A stretch of DNA of 63,768 nt, filler included, from Lenisia limosa (taxonomy: Eukaryota > Protista > Breviatea): NCBI GenBank assembly GCA_001655205.1. It is 18 parts of 18 records of this genome, joined end to end, with 100 filler letters (N's around TTAATTAATTAA, not from the genome) between each part and the next. Parts side by side here need not be neighbours in the genome. Positions count along the whole stretch, not along the records: positions 1 to 18,180 come from LPNZ01000125.1; positions 18,281 to 20,267 come from LPNZ01006760.1; positions 20,368 to 21,496 come from LPNZ01002024.1; positions 21,597 to 23,638 come from LPNZ01001760.1; positions 23,739 to 26,021 come from LPNZ01005097.1; positions 26,122 to 28,266 come from LPNZ01005027.1; 12 more parts are not named here. The stretch is one strand, 5' to 3'. A program made the position numbers and the translations under genes. This document shows, one piece after another, positions 14,543 through 27,014 of the stretch (positions within the stretch are counted from its first letter, which is position 1; each line of letters opens with the position of its first letter). The notes beneath the pieces are model-generated. The model had not been told where the DNA came from, ran no database searches, and saw only the letters and a program-made list of their open reading frames with translations.

Positions 14543-14964
14543 GATCAGATCAAGAGTGTGGTCATGATAAATATGAAAGGTAGTAGAGGTAGCTGATTAG
14601 CTTGCTGTTTTCATTAATAACAACTATAAATTAAGTAAAAGAAGGATTGGCGGTTTTGAAGAGAAGTGAGAGAGACAACAATCCCAAAATGTCTATCACA
14701 AAATATTAGTGACAAAACTGACACCGCTTTATAGTGAAAGTAAGTTTGTTGAAAAAAATTGAAATTTCTTGACGTAGTAAACTTAAATGTATCTTTTGTA
14801 CTTGATATAAGTTCTAACAGCGCTGTTACTTACTTGTGTGTGTATTTGATATTTACGTAAGCGGGTCTCTGAAGCTTTCTAGCCTACCATTAGAGGTGGT
14901 TTATAGTAAAAACTCTATCGATTAAATTTTGTGATTCGTGGCTTTGTCGTTGACCATTTTCAGT

Positions 14965-15650
14965 TTGAAAGATGACAATGTCTCGATCACGCGTCTCCTT
15001 CAGGCGGTCCATCAGGCTAGGATGTGTCATTCGACCATTTTTAGAGTTTGATGCGAACATGAGGATTTCTCCTGATGATAGAACGTGGGTAATTCTCTAT
15101 TGTTCTATTGTTTCTCAATATATCTTTCTTTATTCAATTTTGTTTTAAGGGGATATTTCGTTTTTTTTATTATAACATTATTTTTGTTTTTCATGTTTAT
15201 ATGATAGGATGCTTTCTTTAATCCATTAATATTTAGTTGGATTATTTCCTTTGCCCGTTAACACTTTAGATGCTTCGTCACAGATAACGGAACAACAGTT
15301 GAGATTGATGGCTACGGGATAACCGGCAAGTTTAGGGTGGGTAAATTGGGCAACCTATGGGTCGAATGCGCCTAGAATGTGGTTTTATTGAGTCATTTTC
15401 TGGTTCATTTTAGCAATATTCATTCATTCTTCTATTTGTGTTTACAGATAAAGAATGGAAAGTAGATGTTGGTGTCTTTTGGACACTGTGTTCCCTTCAC
15501 CCTTGATCACAGCTCTTTTTTTTAGCTTTTTCAAGAAGGAGCTAATTATTTAGGTTGGTGAGGTGATCCCTTCAACAGCTACAGCGGACCATTCCTATAT
15601 CCATTTCACTCGAAGCTTTGTGGATAACTTCTTAACCAAGGGTGAATCAT
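14965..15650 (+). CDS. unidentified spliced gene fragments
   Basis: AG/GT-bounded segments translate to LKDDNVSITRLLQAVHQAR, EFDANMRISPDDRTW, CFVTDNGTTVEIDGYGITGKFR, EVIPSTATADHSYIHFTRSFVDNF; family not recognised. Confidence 0.3.
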
Positions 15651-18180
15651 GTAGGAACGGATTTGATGTTTATGGACTTCTTTTCATGTGTTTCTACTTT
15701 ATTCAATTGGCATTATACGTATGATGGTGTGTTTCGGAGACAAGTTTTGTTTCGTTTATTGAGATATTGAGATATATTGCCTGAGCGAAGCCGTCTTCAC
15801 CATCACATTTTTGAGAAATATTACATTCAAGATTACTAAATATTACCCAATACTTTTCTGAAAGAGCCAATATTCTTAATAGTTGTCGATTATAATTCTT
15901 ATTTGTAATAGTCTTCATAAGTGCATCCATATTCTTTATAGTCGTTCCATATTCGTCATACGTGTAGCCATCTTCTTTGCAACTGGAGCGTCAGCAACGG
16001 GCAAGTCATTTCATATTGTAGGTTTCTAGCAACGTAAATATTCAAGGGGTAAAGGGGTCATATAATATTAGTTTAAATGTACACGAGAGTTTTCTGGGAT
16101 ACAAAACAAATTAACAAGGATTGTTTTGCTGGTTCATAGAAATGGTTCTCTTTTTATGGATGCCCTATTAGGCTCATATCGAAATCTATATTTATGTATT
16201 CTATGATATCTTGACATGAATTCAATCTATTCAATATAATTTTGAGATTACAAAATAATACAGAGGGGTACCAAAGAACCAAGTTCTAATAAAAATAGAA
16301 AGCCTGACATATTTAGGCTAACCTCTGTGCTCGAGCCTTGGATGATGTCGCAGTTTTCTGTGAAGACAATCAGGTATTGCCGGCACATTTTTTAGAAATA
16401 TTCAGTGACCGCGATAAGTCAAAAACATAATTGACTAAAATTAAAGTTCAAAACATGTTTCAAATCTTATTGTTCTGTTTTTATTCATGCTTACTCAAAC
16501 CCAAAAGAGAGGGAGGATTTAGCGTTTCAATTGGAGCTGGGCTAAATCACATATTCCATTTTTCTGCTGATTTTTCATCCACTCAGACGTCTTGGCGGGG
16601 CAGTTACACATTTTCAGCAATAGAGGTAGGCTATCTGGTTTTTTCTATTTGGTAAAAAAATGAGACTCCCGCAACTAATCTTTAAAAAGCGTCTGAAATT
16701 GAGTTCTCTTTGTAATATTTCGCATTGATAATTTTGAAAATATTTTTTGCAATCAATTGCAAACAGACCAAGTACAAAAATAACATAATAATTTGATATG
16801 CTGTGGCCAAATGCTCTCATTTTCCCCATAAAGACGGGGTGGTTCTCACTTCCCTAGGTTATTGGTAACAAGATCCACGACCTGATCCCTCCGACCCCCA
16901 CACCCGTAACTGTTATCAAGGGGGATGTGAGTGTAACTGGTGGGATTGGTTCCTGCTTTTTTATTGAGAGGGTTGGAGAAGATATTGCGATACGTCTTGA
17001 CTGATTTTCTTTGAGAGTCCTATTGTAAATATGTCAATACTTATCACGTCAATGTATATCGTAGGTCTAGTTGATTTCACATTTGTAGAAGTATCCATTG
17101 ACGCTCCCATCATATCCGCTGATGAGGTCACACAGTTAATTGACATGGTGAGATGGATCGTGCTCTTTAGCCTTATAATGGGATGGAATTCTGTAACTTG
17201 AATTGCATTCTTTGGTGTGAATGGATTTGTTGTACTTTCAGATTTTATTTGAAAGTATGCTCTTAGGTAACGTATTGCTAAGTATTTTTTAAAATTTTGA
17301 TAAATATCTATTTAACAGGTCTTCCTCCGACAGGAGTGAAGCAATATCCCAGACATACACTGGCCGTGATAAATCTTGACACACTTAGATATCCTAAAAA
17401 TTAAGATAGTGATCTAATATCCTAGATATGGAACAAGAGGACGCTTTTGAGCCAAGCTTCTGGAAGTTCAAAAACCAAGACCTCGCGAAAAACTAACAAC
17501 GGTATGTCAACGTATCATATGGCTGAATTTATTTAGAAAAATAACTGAACAATACAATAACAATAGTCTGAGTTAAAGAGAAGATCCCCACGATCACACT
17601 TCTCGCCTATTTACACTGATCGCAATAAGTCCTGACATGATGGACTAAAGATAAAGCGTTTGATAAAACATGATGGACTAAAGATAAAATATCCTTATTA
17701 GGACATCTCGCATCCATTTTATTTTGCCAAAAAGGCCCTTCTCTCACCGCCGCCCGTCCTAATTCCCCTTAACATTTACAGATATTCAAGAGGACGCTTC
17801 GCTGTCTCACGTCGTATACCGCATCAAGAGATACAGTCAGCCGCTTCTGGGTGAGGACAGCCATTTGGATCAGGTATGGGGGTAAGTATTGGACAAACAT
17901 ATGCACCAGTTGATGTTATTGGGGGTGGGTGTATTTTTTTCTTTAGCTATACATCTAGGCCTTCATTTCAGTTTGAAAATAGACTGAATGTCTCTATAAA
18001 TCCTCGAAAACTATCGATATTTTCCCGAGTTTTTTCGAACCGAAGTGAAGCCCTAATCATTGTTTTTATGCATATATAATATATAGTATACTATATTACT
18101 TTCATAATGACATAGTATTTGAAGAGGTTACTGGTATATAGTTTCTCATTTCTATTTAGCTATACTTAAGTACGATATGG

Positions 18181-18280
18181 NNNNNNNNNNNNNNNNNNNN
18201 NNNNNNNNNNNNNNNNNNNNNNNNTTAATTAATTAANNNNNNNNNNNNNNNNNNNNNNNNNNNNNNNNNNNNNNNNNNNN
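18181..18280. other. artificial contig-join spacer (first of 17)
   Basis: 44 N + TTAATTAATTAA (stops in six frames) + 44 N; also at ~20268, 21497, 23639, 26022, 28267, 33181, 35577, 37549, 40909, 42321, 47897, 49183, 58309, 60050, 61279, 62624. Adjacency across these is not biological. Confidence 0.95.
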
Positions 18281-18583
18281 TGTCTGACGAGACCATTTCT
18301 TCAAGCTTTCACACTGTTTGTTGGGGTCTTTTCAAGCCTCTACACTGTGTATAGGGCTTCACTTCGGTTTAAAAATTACTGGTAAAATATCGATATTTTT
18401 CGAAGATTTATCGAGAAATTCAGTCTTTTTTCGAACCGAAGTGAAGCCAACTGTTTAATTCTTTTCATGCATATCTCTTTAAAGTGTATAATGAATTCTC
18501 CACACCGTCTGGTGGGTTATGAGAGCTGCCCAACTGGGTTGTTTTTGAGCTTTTTTGTTTCATAATTGTCCCCCCTCCCCCCC

Positions 18584-19674
18584 AGTTCTACGCGATTAAT
18601 GATGAGATGTTGGCATGTGTTTACAATGATGACGACAGCACCTCCGACGATTCTGTTGAGAGTAATAGAACTTCTNNNNNNNNNNNNNNNNNNNNNNNNN
18701 NNNNNNNNNNNNNNNNNNNNNNNNNNNNNNNNNNNNNNNNNNNNNNNNNNNNNNNNNNNNNNNNNNNNNNNNNNNNNNNNNNNNNNNNNNNNNNNGCTCA
18801 TTTGGACGGGATTTGAGTGAATATCTGGGTATCTGGATATCTGGAAGGAGTATCTGGAGGTCTCCTTTTTCCCTGATCTGCAGTCCTCTGTCTTGACCTT
18901 AGACAATTAAAAAATCACATGTAAAAAATATGAAATATATGTATGAATGTAATAAATGTAATAACCCTGATTCTGCTAATCATCTTTATTTTCTTCCAAG
19001 AAATATAGTAACAAATGTAGCTTTTTTGATCCTGGCTATCATCTTCGGGTTCTTCGCCGTTTTCATATGTATTGTCCTTTGCCCCTTTTGCGTAGGTGCC
19101 TGTATTAAAAGTGAGGAGGGTGTTTCCTTTTTTATTCCAGTATTTCTGACAACAAATGATTGGGTGAATTAATATGACAGTATACTCCAATTTTAACCAG
19201 GTACCACCTCACATCTATGATGGTTTCACTTTGGTTTTAAAAAAGACTGTCTCGATAAATCCCCGAAAACTATCGATATTTTACCAGTCTTTTTGAAAGG
19301 CCTAATCTCTACACATAATACACTTTCCTTCTTTAGTATGATTCACTTCAGTCTCTCAAGTACTTCATTGGAATATGTAATACATCTTATTTACATGGCT
19401 GAGCTGTTATTACTAGTTCGATCTCACAATTTCCTTGTTTACAGTGCTGAGCTATTATTTTAAATGATTGGGTAAATTAATATTATATACTATAATCCAA
19501 TATCTCTTTTAACCGTGATGGTGTGGATGGCCTCGGCCTTATTTTTTATTTCTCATTGCTATACATATATATATTATTACGAGTTTGATCTAACAATTCC
19601 CTTTACAGGCAACCAGTCAAAAAAAGACCACCGGAGACGAAAGGCTAACATTCAGATGCAAAACACAAATCAGG
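18584..19674 (+). CDS. exons of an unidentified membrane protein (Cys-rich juxtamembrane, one TM helix)
   Basis: Poly-C acceptor at 18583, exon FYAINDEMLACVYNDDD; ORF 18930-19172 with hydrophobic VAFLILAIIFGFFAVFICIVLCPFCVGAC; further exon ~19609-19674. Confidence 0.35.
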
Positions 19675-20367
19675 TATGGGCTAATTTCTTGTAACAAGAG
19701 AAATCATATCAACCATAGAAAGAAGGAAAGAAAAGAAAAAGAAAAAAAGGGGGGAGGGGGGATTGCAATACTCTCGCACCCACTCTCCTCGCCTGTGCCC
19801 CTTGCAATTCAGTTTTTGTTTAAGGGATCCATGAGTGAAGAGCATTAGTACGAATGATTACTATAAATTAGTATGTAATATGTGGTGTGGAGCTTTAAGG
19901 CAAATTAAATCGTTATTAAGAAGCTGATCTCAATTTTCAATTTAAGAGATATAATATTGACATCATAATTTGTGTTATTATTTTTCTTATTTTTGCACTA
20001 AATGGCAGACTCTCTGACCTCTTAGACCGCACAAAATCCGTATCCTCCCCAAAGCGGTAAGAACCGTGTTTTGAATTCTATATAGCTACATGTATATGGG
20101 ACCATTAGGGCTTCATTTCGGTTCGAAAAAAGAAAACTATCGGTTTCTGTGTTCTTTTTTGAACCGAAGTGAAACCCTTACAAACTATACTGTTGGATTT
20201 CCTTTGTCCTTTGTTTGGTGTATTCTATTTTGTCTTGGTTTACTCCTCCATCAGAGTTGATTTTTCTNNNNNNNNNNNNNNNNNNNNNNNNNNNNNNNNN
20301 NNNNNNNNNNNTTAATTAATTAANNNNNNNNNNNNNNNNNNNNNNNNNNNNNNNNNNNNNNNNNNNN

Positions 20368-20552
20368 CTGGGCTTTGTTTGTTTTTATCAACCCTCGTAA
20401 CAAAGTTGATTTTGGGCTTTTTATGGTTCATAAATTTTCCAATTCGTGTTTTTTGTTTCTTGTTTGGAGTTTCAGGTCATTCGGCTCGTGATTAGTAACT
20501 TTACGCCATTATTCTTCATCGAAATTATCTTCGTTTTACCTCCCCTCCCCAG
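20368..20552 (+). repeat. families D and E: intron-3'-end repeats that end in or abut the acceptor
   Basis: D: CTGGGCTTTGTTTG..TCAACCCTCGTGTGTTGTCAGCCAACAGAGTTGATTTTGGGCT..TGTTTCATAAATTTTCC; E: TTTGGAGTTTCAGATTATTCGGTTCGTGATTAGTACCTTTACGC..TTCTTCATCGAAATTTCCTTCGTTTTAC-(C)n-AG. At least 13 sites. Confidence 0.8.
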
Positions 20553-21382
20553 ATTGCCCTTGTCAAGACCCAAGCCGCCCCGCTGACAAACGAAGACATT
20601 AGCCTCAGAGTTACGATTTTACCCCTACCCAAGGGCCCCGTGTCGGGACTGTTCACCGCCCTGCACAACGTTTTTGTTCCGATGCTGTCACAGTGGGGGG
20701 AGTTTCCTTATTAGGTAGCAATACTTTCCTTATTTGGTAACAACACTTTCCTTATTTGGTAACAATGCTTGATGTTGTCACACTGGGCTGCGGGAATATT
20801 ATGGGTTAGAATTTCTTGATTTGGTAGTTGTATTATCCTTTTTTGGTAGGTTGTTTAGAGCCTTCTGCTTATATGTTATCTCAACCTCTCTCACTTTACT
20901 TCTATGGTACCTTTTCCTCTGCCACTTTCCTTATTTGGGATCTTTACCTTTGTCACTTTCCTTTCTTGTAATTTTGCCTTGCTTTCCTTATATGGTACTT
21001 TGTCTCTGTCACTTTCCATATATGGTAACTTTTTAGGGGTCGTGCCGCGACCACTGTCGGGCCGTCGGTTCAGGAGGGCATGTCCAATTTGGAAGAGGGT
21101 CTAAGGCACGCTGCAGTAAACGCTCCGGGTTGGGAGGGACGGTGAAATAGAAGGATTTAGATTGGAATTTTGCAAGGATGTGTTGGAAAGGAGACCCAGT
21201 ACATCTTCGTTTTGGGTTGTCAGCCAGCAGAGTTGATTTTGGGCTCTTTTTGTTTCATTAATGATCCTATTTACCCCACCCCATATGACCCCTCAGACGA
21301 CAAGTTCGCGGATTCGGTGACATCAGTGGCGTCGGAATGCCAGTTTTGGGTCGATCGCGGATCGAACTACGGCCTTTCTGCT
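20553..21382 (+). CDS. DYNC2H1: dynein heavy chain N-terminal tail fragment, most like cytoplasmic dynein-2 (IFT dynein)
   Basis: Three exons: IALVKTQAAPLTNEDISLRVTILPLPKGPVSGLFTALHNVFVPML / GRAATTVGPSVQEGMSNLEEGLRHA / DDKFADSVTSVASECQFWVD, matching by recall the DYNC2H1 pattern P.S.LY.A...VF.P.L ... LS.LE.GL ... E.QFWIE. Confidence 0.6.
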
Positions 21383-21828
21383 GTGGGATAGAAGGGTATA
21401 ATGGTGTATAATTGTGTATTATGGTGTGAAATTGTGTGGAATTGTGTATAATTGTGCATAATTGTTTTATTGGGTCATGAGTTTCTCATGGTGGGGNNNN
21501 NNNNNNNNNNNNNNNNNNNNNNNNNNNNNNNNNNNNNNNNTTAATTAATTAANNNNNNNNNNNNNNNNNNNNNNNNNNNNNNNNNNNNNNNNNNNNTCAC
21601 GAATAGTAAACAATAATATAGACTTATGAGAGAAAAAAAAACAAGGTTGCATCTGGACGAAGCCGTCCACACCATCTTATAAGAGATAACAAAACCGTAT
21701 AAGCAATGATAAACAAATAATAAGGTTGTATCTGGCCGAAGCCCCATCACGCTTAGAGATTGGATTAGAGTATACTATGTAGTATATACTATTAATTCAC
21801 CAATCATTTGCCTCAACTCTGTGCAATA

Positions 21829-21932
21829 GATAAAGGGTCTGGAAAGATAGATAAAGGGTCCGGAAAGGAAGATAAAGGGTCTGGAAAGGGAGATAAAGGG
21901 TCTGGAAAGATAGATAAAGGGTCTGGAAAGGG
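21829..21932. repeat. 21-bp minisatellite x5 (GATAAAGGGTCTGGAAAGRKA)
   Basis: Five near-perfect tandem units read directly. Confidence 0.9.
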
Positions 21933-22064
21933 AGAGTTAAGCCAGCCTTAAGAATGAACCTGTGACCCCCTATCTGGTTCTTGGCCACAGAGGATTGGAA
22001 ACTATTTTGACACAAAAATTCGACGACTTTTCAAAAATCCCCCAAAATCAGTTCAATTAGCCTT

Positions 22065-22980
22065 TAACACCTTTTCTTGAGGCAAAGTCGTCAAACTTTT
22101 TCGGTTCCAACATTTCCAACCCCTGCGGCGAAGTGACCCCTATCACTTGGAACCGCGTGTGTGGTGGCAGGTAGGTGGCATTCTTCATAATAGCTTGCTG
22201 CGAAAGAGCTGAAATATTACGATTTACAAGGATATAAACAGGACAATCCAGACAAATAAAACAAAAGTGCAAATGAGTAAAGTATTACAAATAGCTAGTG
22301 CAAATTGTGGCATTCCAGCAGACCCATTTCTGGAAGGCAACACAAGGAGAAAGCTCCGGATCCTGGTCCATGAAAGCGATCATAGATCATTTCGGCAAGT
22401 GGTGCTGAAACACCCTAAATGGATTAGAGCAAGGTGGGTAAGCAGCATTGTTTGATCAACACAACGTCGATATACAAAGTAGTCTGTCTATTCGAGCAAT
22501 GTAGATAACATGTTGTGCTTGCCTCATCTCCTTGACAAGTAAAGTAAGCAATACAAGAATCAGGCTATTATTGTTGTATCAAATACCTCGCGACCTTTTT
22601 GAAACATTGGAATCATCCCAGGCTACCTCAGTCATCAAAGCCGCGACACTGACACGTTGCAAGAAGGGCGCCTCCATCCGCGTTGACGTCAACTTTCCTG
22701 TTGCTGAGGCTTTGAAGCCGTACATCTTGGCGAACATTCCCACCGTCAGTGACGACAATGTGGGGCAGAATATAAGGTCTCGCCCCGTGAAGCGGTAGTC
22801 GTTTCGCGTGTTTTCGAAAACCCGGCCTGGCAAAATTAATGATGCTAAAGCTCCACAAAAAGAAGCAGCTACGGTGTTGGATCAAAAGGTGTTCATTCAA
22901 TATTTGGGCTTGAGTCTTCATACTTATAGTGTTGAAATGAGAAACCAGAGAACCTGTATCTGGGCCGCACACCATCATAC
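22065..22980 (-). CDS. unidentified spliced gene fragments
   Basis: GC-richer segments with splice-like ends, e.g. ALSQQAIMKNATYLPPHTRFQVIGVTSPQGLEMLEPKKFDDFASRK and DLIFCPTLSSLTVGMFAKMYGF; not recognised. Confidence 0.3.
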
Positions 22981-23789
22981 TTCAGGACATTATGGACGAA
23001 TATAACAACTTCCCCCAACAAAATATGCAAACTCAACCCTTCACATACTCCATCCTCCATACCTGAACGAAACGGATTTCTCCCTCTTCCTCCTTTTCGC
23101 CTCATCTCTATAATCATAAAATGTAGTACAAAAACTAACAAAAAAAAAAACGATTAATTGTAGAATATCTGCATTATACATACAGGATATACACCAATAT
23201 GAAGCTTCTATTTGGTGAGAGAATTTTTTTAAACGCGATAATTCAACAGAGAAGGGGAAGAAGATCAAACCAAGCGTAGAAATAAAAGGGGAAACAAAAG
23301 ATGTGAACAAAATGCAGCAACATTACTCATCATCCAGGAAGCTGAGGTTGGTTTTACCAATAAAAACTCATTCAAACCTTCGGTTAAAGGTTGCAGCAAG
23401 CCACCAGAAGCAAACTAGGAGGCAAGGTGAGAGGAATCGATCGAGTATGAGGTTTCTTGAGTCTTCGTAGTCAAGCAAATGATATGTTTTTTCTTGTGCT
23501 CCCGTGTACGTGCTGTGCTTTGTTTGGTGTTCCCTGTTTTCCTGTCTGTTTCAGTTGGTTTTGGCGTTTTGGCTTTTGGTGGTTGTGTGTTTTTGTGTTT
23601 TGCAACAAGAGATCTCTGGGATCACGCCTCTCCGCCCCNNNNNNNNNNNNNNNNNNNNNNNNNNNNNNNNNNNNNNNNNNNNTTAATTAATTAANNNNNN
23701 NNNNNNNNNNNNNNNNNNNNNNNNNNNNNNNNNNNNNNATAAATTTCCAATTTACTCTCCCCCTCTCCCCTTAAAAGAATACCCCCCCC

Positions 23790-25599
23790 CACCTTCTCAT
23801 CCAGGGCCGCCATTTCAACCTCCAGTTGCCTCTTATCATCTCTCAAGGAGGCCTCAACTTCACGTCTGCCCTCAATCTCAGCATAGGCTTTCTTCAAGTC
23901 ATGTTCAAGGGTCTGGAGCTTGCTCTTCATCTGATCTAATGATCTGGCAGCTTCGGATTTGATCTTGGCGATTTCGTCGTCGGACTTCATTTTGCAGCTG
24001 CGAACGTCGGAAGCGGAAGCCAGCACTTCCGACCTAACCGAGTCCAGTTCGTTTTGAAGACGATCACAGTGATCTTTCCTCTGAGCCGCCTCTGTAGCCA
24101 TAACCGCCATTTTTGCATTGACTGCGGTGNNNNNNNNNNNNNNNNNNNNNNNNNNNNNNNNNNNNNNNNNNNNNNNNNNNNNNNNNNNNNNNNNNNNNNN
24201 NNNNNNNNNNNNNNNNNNNNNNNNNNNNNNNNNNNNNNNNNNNNNNNNNNNNNNNNNNNNNNNNNNNNNNNNNNNNNNNNNNNNNNNNNNNNNNNNNNNN
24301 NNNNNNNNNNNNNNNNNNNCTCCGTTGCTTTAGCTCCGATTCTAGCTAATTCGTCCTAGAAAGATTATGAGCTGTAAGGTAAATGATGGGTGAAGTAATA
24401 TTATACTATAATCCAATATCTCTTATAAGCGTGATGGTATGGACGGCTTTGGCCAGATACAACCTTCTCAATACATTGACCGGGATCTTGATCGAGTAAA
24501 TTCATGAGCAAATCGGTCAAGACTTATCCCAGTCACTGCATTAGGGTTATGGGTATATATGTACAATGACTGTGATAAGTCTTGACCAATTGCTATATGA
24601 ATTCTCAATAACAACCTTAAAACCTCCCCCCTCATTACAAAACTCACCTCCAAAGTAGCACGTGATCGATCAGCGGACGATTTGAAGTGGCCGAGGTCAG
24701 ACGCCAATGTGGTGGCGCGCGCGTCGGCTTCGGATCGCTTCTTCGCTTCTGCGGTGAGGTCTGCCTGGGCCTGGGAGGTGTATAAGGGGGGAGGAGTATT
24801 AATATACAGGGGGGATATTATACGGGTGTCTATTTCCTTATTAGGAAGGCTCACATTATCAAGTTTCTCCTTTAGACTGTCAATTTCCTTATTAAGAAGG
24901 GCCACAGTGCCAGACTCTTTTTGAAGGGACTGTTCTTTTTTGCTGGTTTGTGTGGCTTGCTGGAGAGGGGTAATTATGGGACCTTATCCCACTATCGTTC
25001 AACCTCCATTTTTTACCCCCCCCCCAACCTCATTCTTAGCCTCAGCTCGGGCAAGGGAAAAGCTCAAATCGTCACATCTAGCCATCACCTCGGCCAGTTG
25101 CTTCTCAGCCTCCACTGCCCGGCTTTCGGCGTCGGCTGCTCGAATATCCGCTTCGGATACTTCCGATGATAATCGGTCTGCGTCTTTTTGGACTAGTTGC
25201 AGCATCGATTCCAGGCTGTTTACCCTAGAGGGAGTAAAATTGGACAAAAGAGAGCCCAAAATCAACCCTGTTGGCTGACAACACACAAGGGTTGAAAACA
25301 ACAAAACAAACAAAGCCCTTTAGTTTTAGGGTTGTTGAAATACAACCAAATCCTGGGGGATACGATGGGAAAAGTTATAACATGATTCAAAGCTGTTCAC
25401 CCTGGGGGGGGGGGGGAATTNNNNNNNNNNNNNNNNNNNNNNNNNNNNNNNNNNNNNNNNNNNNNNNNNNNNNNNNNNNNNNNNNNNNNNNNNNNNNNNN
25501 NNNNNNNNNNNNNNNNNNNNNNNNNNNNNNNNNNNGGCTCTTTGAGGCAAAAGAGTCGATAGAGTGTCGTAACGAACGCAGCTCTTCCTCGAGTGCAAC
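23790..25599 (-). CDS. long coiled-coil protein (internal exons)
   Basis: Heptad-rich exons (VALEEELRSLRHSIDSF; LESMLQLVQKDADRLSSEVSEADIRAADAESRAVEAEKQLAEV; DHCDRLQNELDSVRSEV...LQTLEHDLKKAYAEIE) with GT-AG boundaries. Confidence 0.65.
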
Positions 25600-27014
25600 C
25601 TGGGGGGGAGGGAGTAAAACAAAGGAAATGTCGATGAAGAATATTTGCGTAAAGGTACTAATCACAAACCGAATAATCTGAAACTCCAAACAAACAAAAA
25701 ACAAAAACCAAATAACAAAAATCAATCAATAACAAACACGAGCAACCAATGCTAAAACTACACAAAACCATGACAAAAACAAAAAACAAAAACAAGAGGG
25801 GGAGAAAGTGTTAGAGGTGGGGCTTCCCAACAAAAAAAGACTGAATTTCTCGATAAATCCTAGATTATTATCGATATTTTAAAGGTCTTTTCGGACCAAA
25901 GGGAAGTTAATAAGAGGTCCCACAGCATAGATTTTGCCCCCGCCCCCCATATATACAGTGACCGGCATAAGTCTTGACCGATTTGATCTATGATTTCCCA
26001 ATGAAAATCGGTCAGGACTTANNNNNNNNNNNNNNNNNNNNNNNNNNNNNNNNNNNNNNNNNNNNTTAATTAATTAANNNNNNNNNNNNNNNNNNNNNNN
26101 NNNNNNNNNNNNNNNNNNNNNCTGAATAATACCTATTATGTAATAATCCAGATGCTGCCTTTTTTTATGGAATGACTAGCCCTACGGTCCGAAAAAGACC
26201 TGTAAAATATCGATAGTTATCGAGGATTTATCGGACAATTCTGTTTTTTTTTTTTGGACCGTTGGGAAGCCTCTCCCTTTCTTCTCATTAATACTTCTAC
26301 CATCTGATGCAGTTGCAATATCTAAGGCCTTTCAAACACTCGTACGTTCGCCATCAGCAATTCCCCCATTATTACCTTACAAAAACAGGAGACGTTGACA
26401 CGTGGAATCGTGTCCTGGCTGTGAGACGCCTAGTACTTCGCCCAGCTGCAGATCATAACACCTGGATCAAGGTGGGGGGATAGAAAACAGAAACAGAAAG
26501 AAAATGACGGAGGGGAGACACTTGAGTTCTACAGTTTTCTCTACCCAATAAGGACAGTTTGGAAGTATGTTGACTACCTGTGCTTACAGTATGATGAGTG
26601 TGCCAGTTTGAATTCGACGTGGTCTTCCTTTAATGGGTCATAGCCTTAGGTTTGAATTATTTAGTTGAGCTGATTTATGTCAAGTATACAAGGCCACACT
26701 TCCTGGCTGATTGACCCTCCTTCATATGCACTAAATCTCAAATACACCCCTCTGGACACAGTATCCAGGACTGGCCCGAGCTTTTTTTTTTTTGTTGTTG
26801 TTGTGGTTGTTGTTGTTNNNNNNNNNNNNNNNNNNNNNNNNNNNNNNNNNNNNNNNNNNNNNNNNNNNNNNNNNNNNNNNNNNNNNNNNNNNNNNNTTGT
26901 TGTTGTAATAAAAGTTGTTTTGTTGTTTTCAACTCTCTTGTGTTTCTAAAATGTTACGCTAACAGAGATGATTGTGTTTCTTACATTACCATTTTTACTC
27001 AATAACCTCTGCAG

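Noticed and set aside
15550-17150. BPI/LBP-like lipid-binding gene (IDAPIISADEVTV)
   Set aside because: Similarity rests on a few residues, includes an in-frame stop, and the exons cannot be linked.
18225-18236. Recurrent TTAATTAATTAA motif
   Set aside because: Always centred in exactly 44 N + 44 N; a synthetic contig-join spacer, so gene neighbourhoods across it carry no meaning.
21829-21932. CRISPR-like or regularly spaced repeat arrays (also 32420, 54655, 61820)
   Set aside because: Units are head-to-tail with no unique spacers and the context is eukaryotic introns; these are minisatellites.
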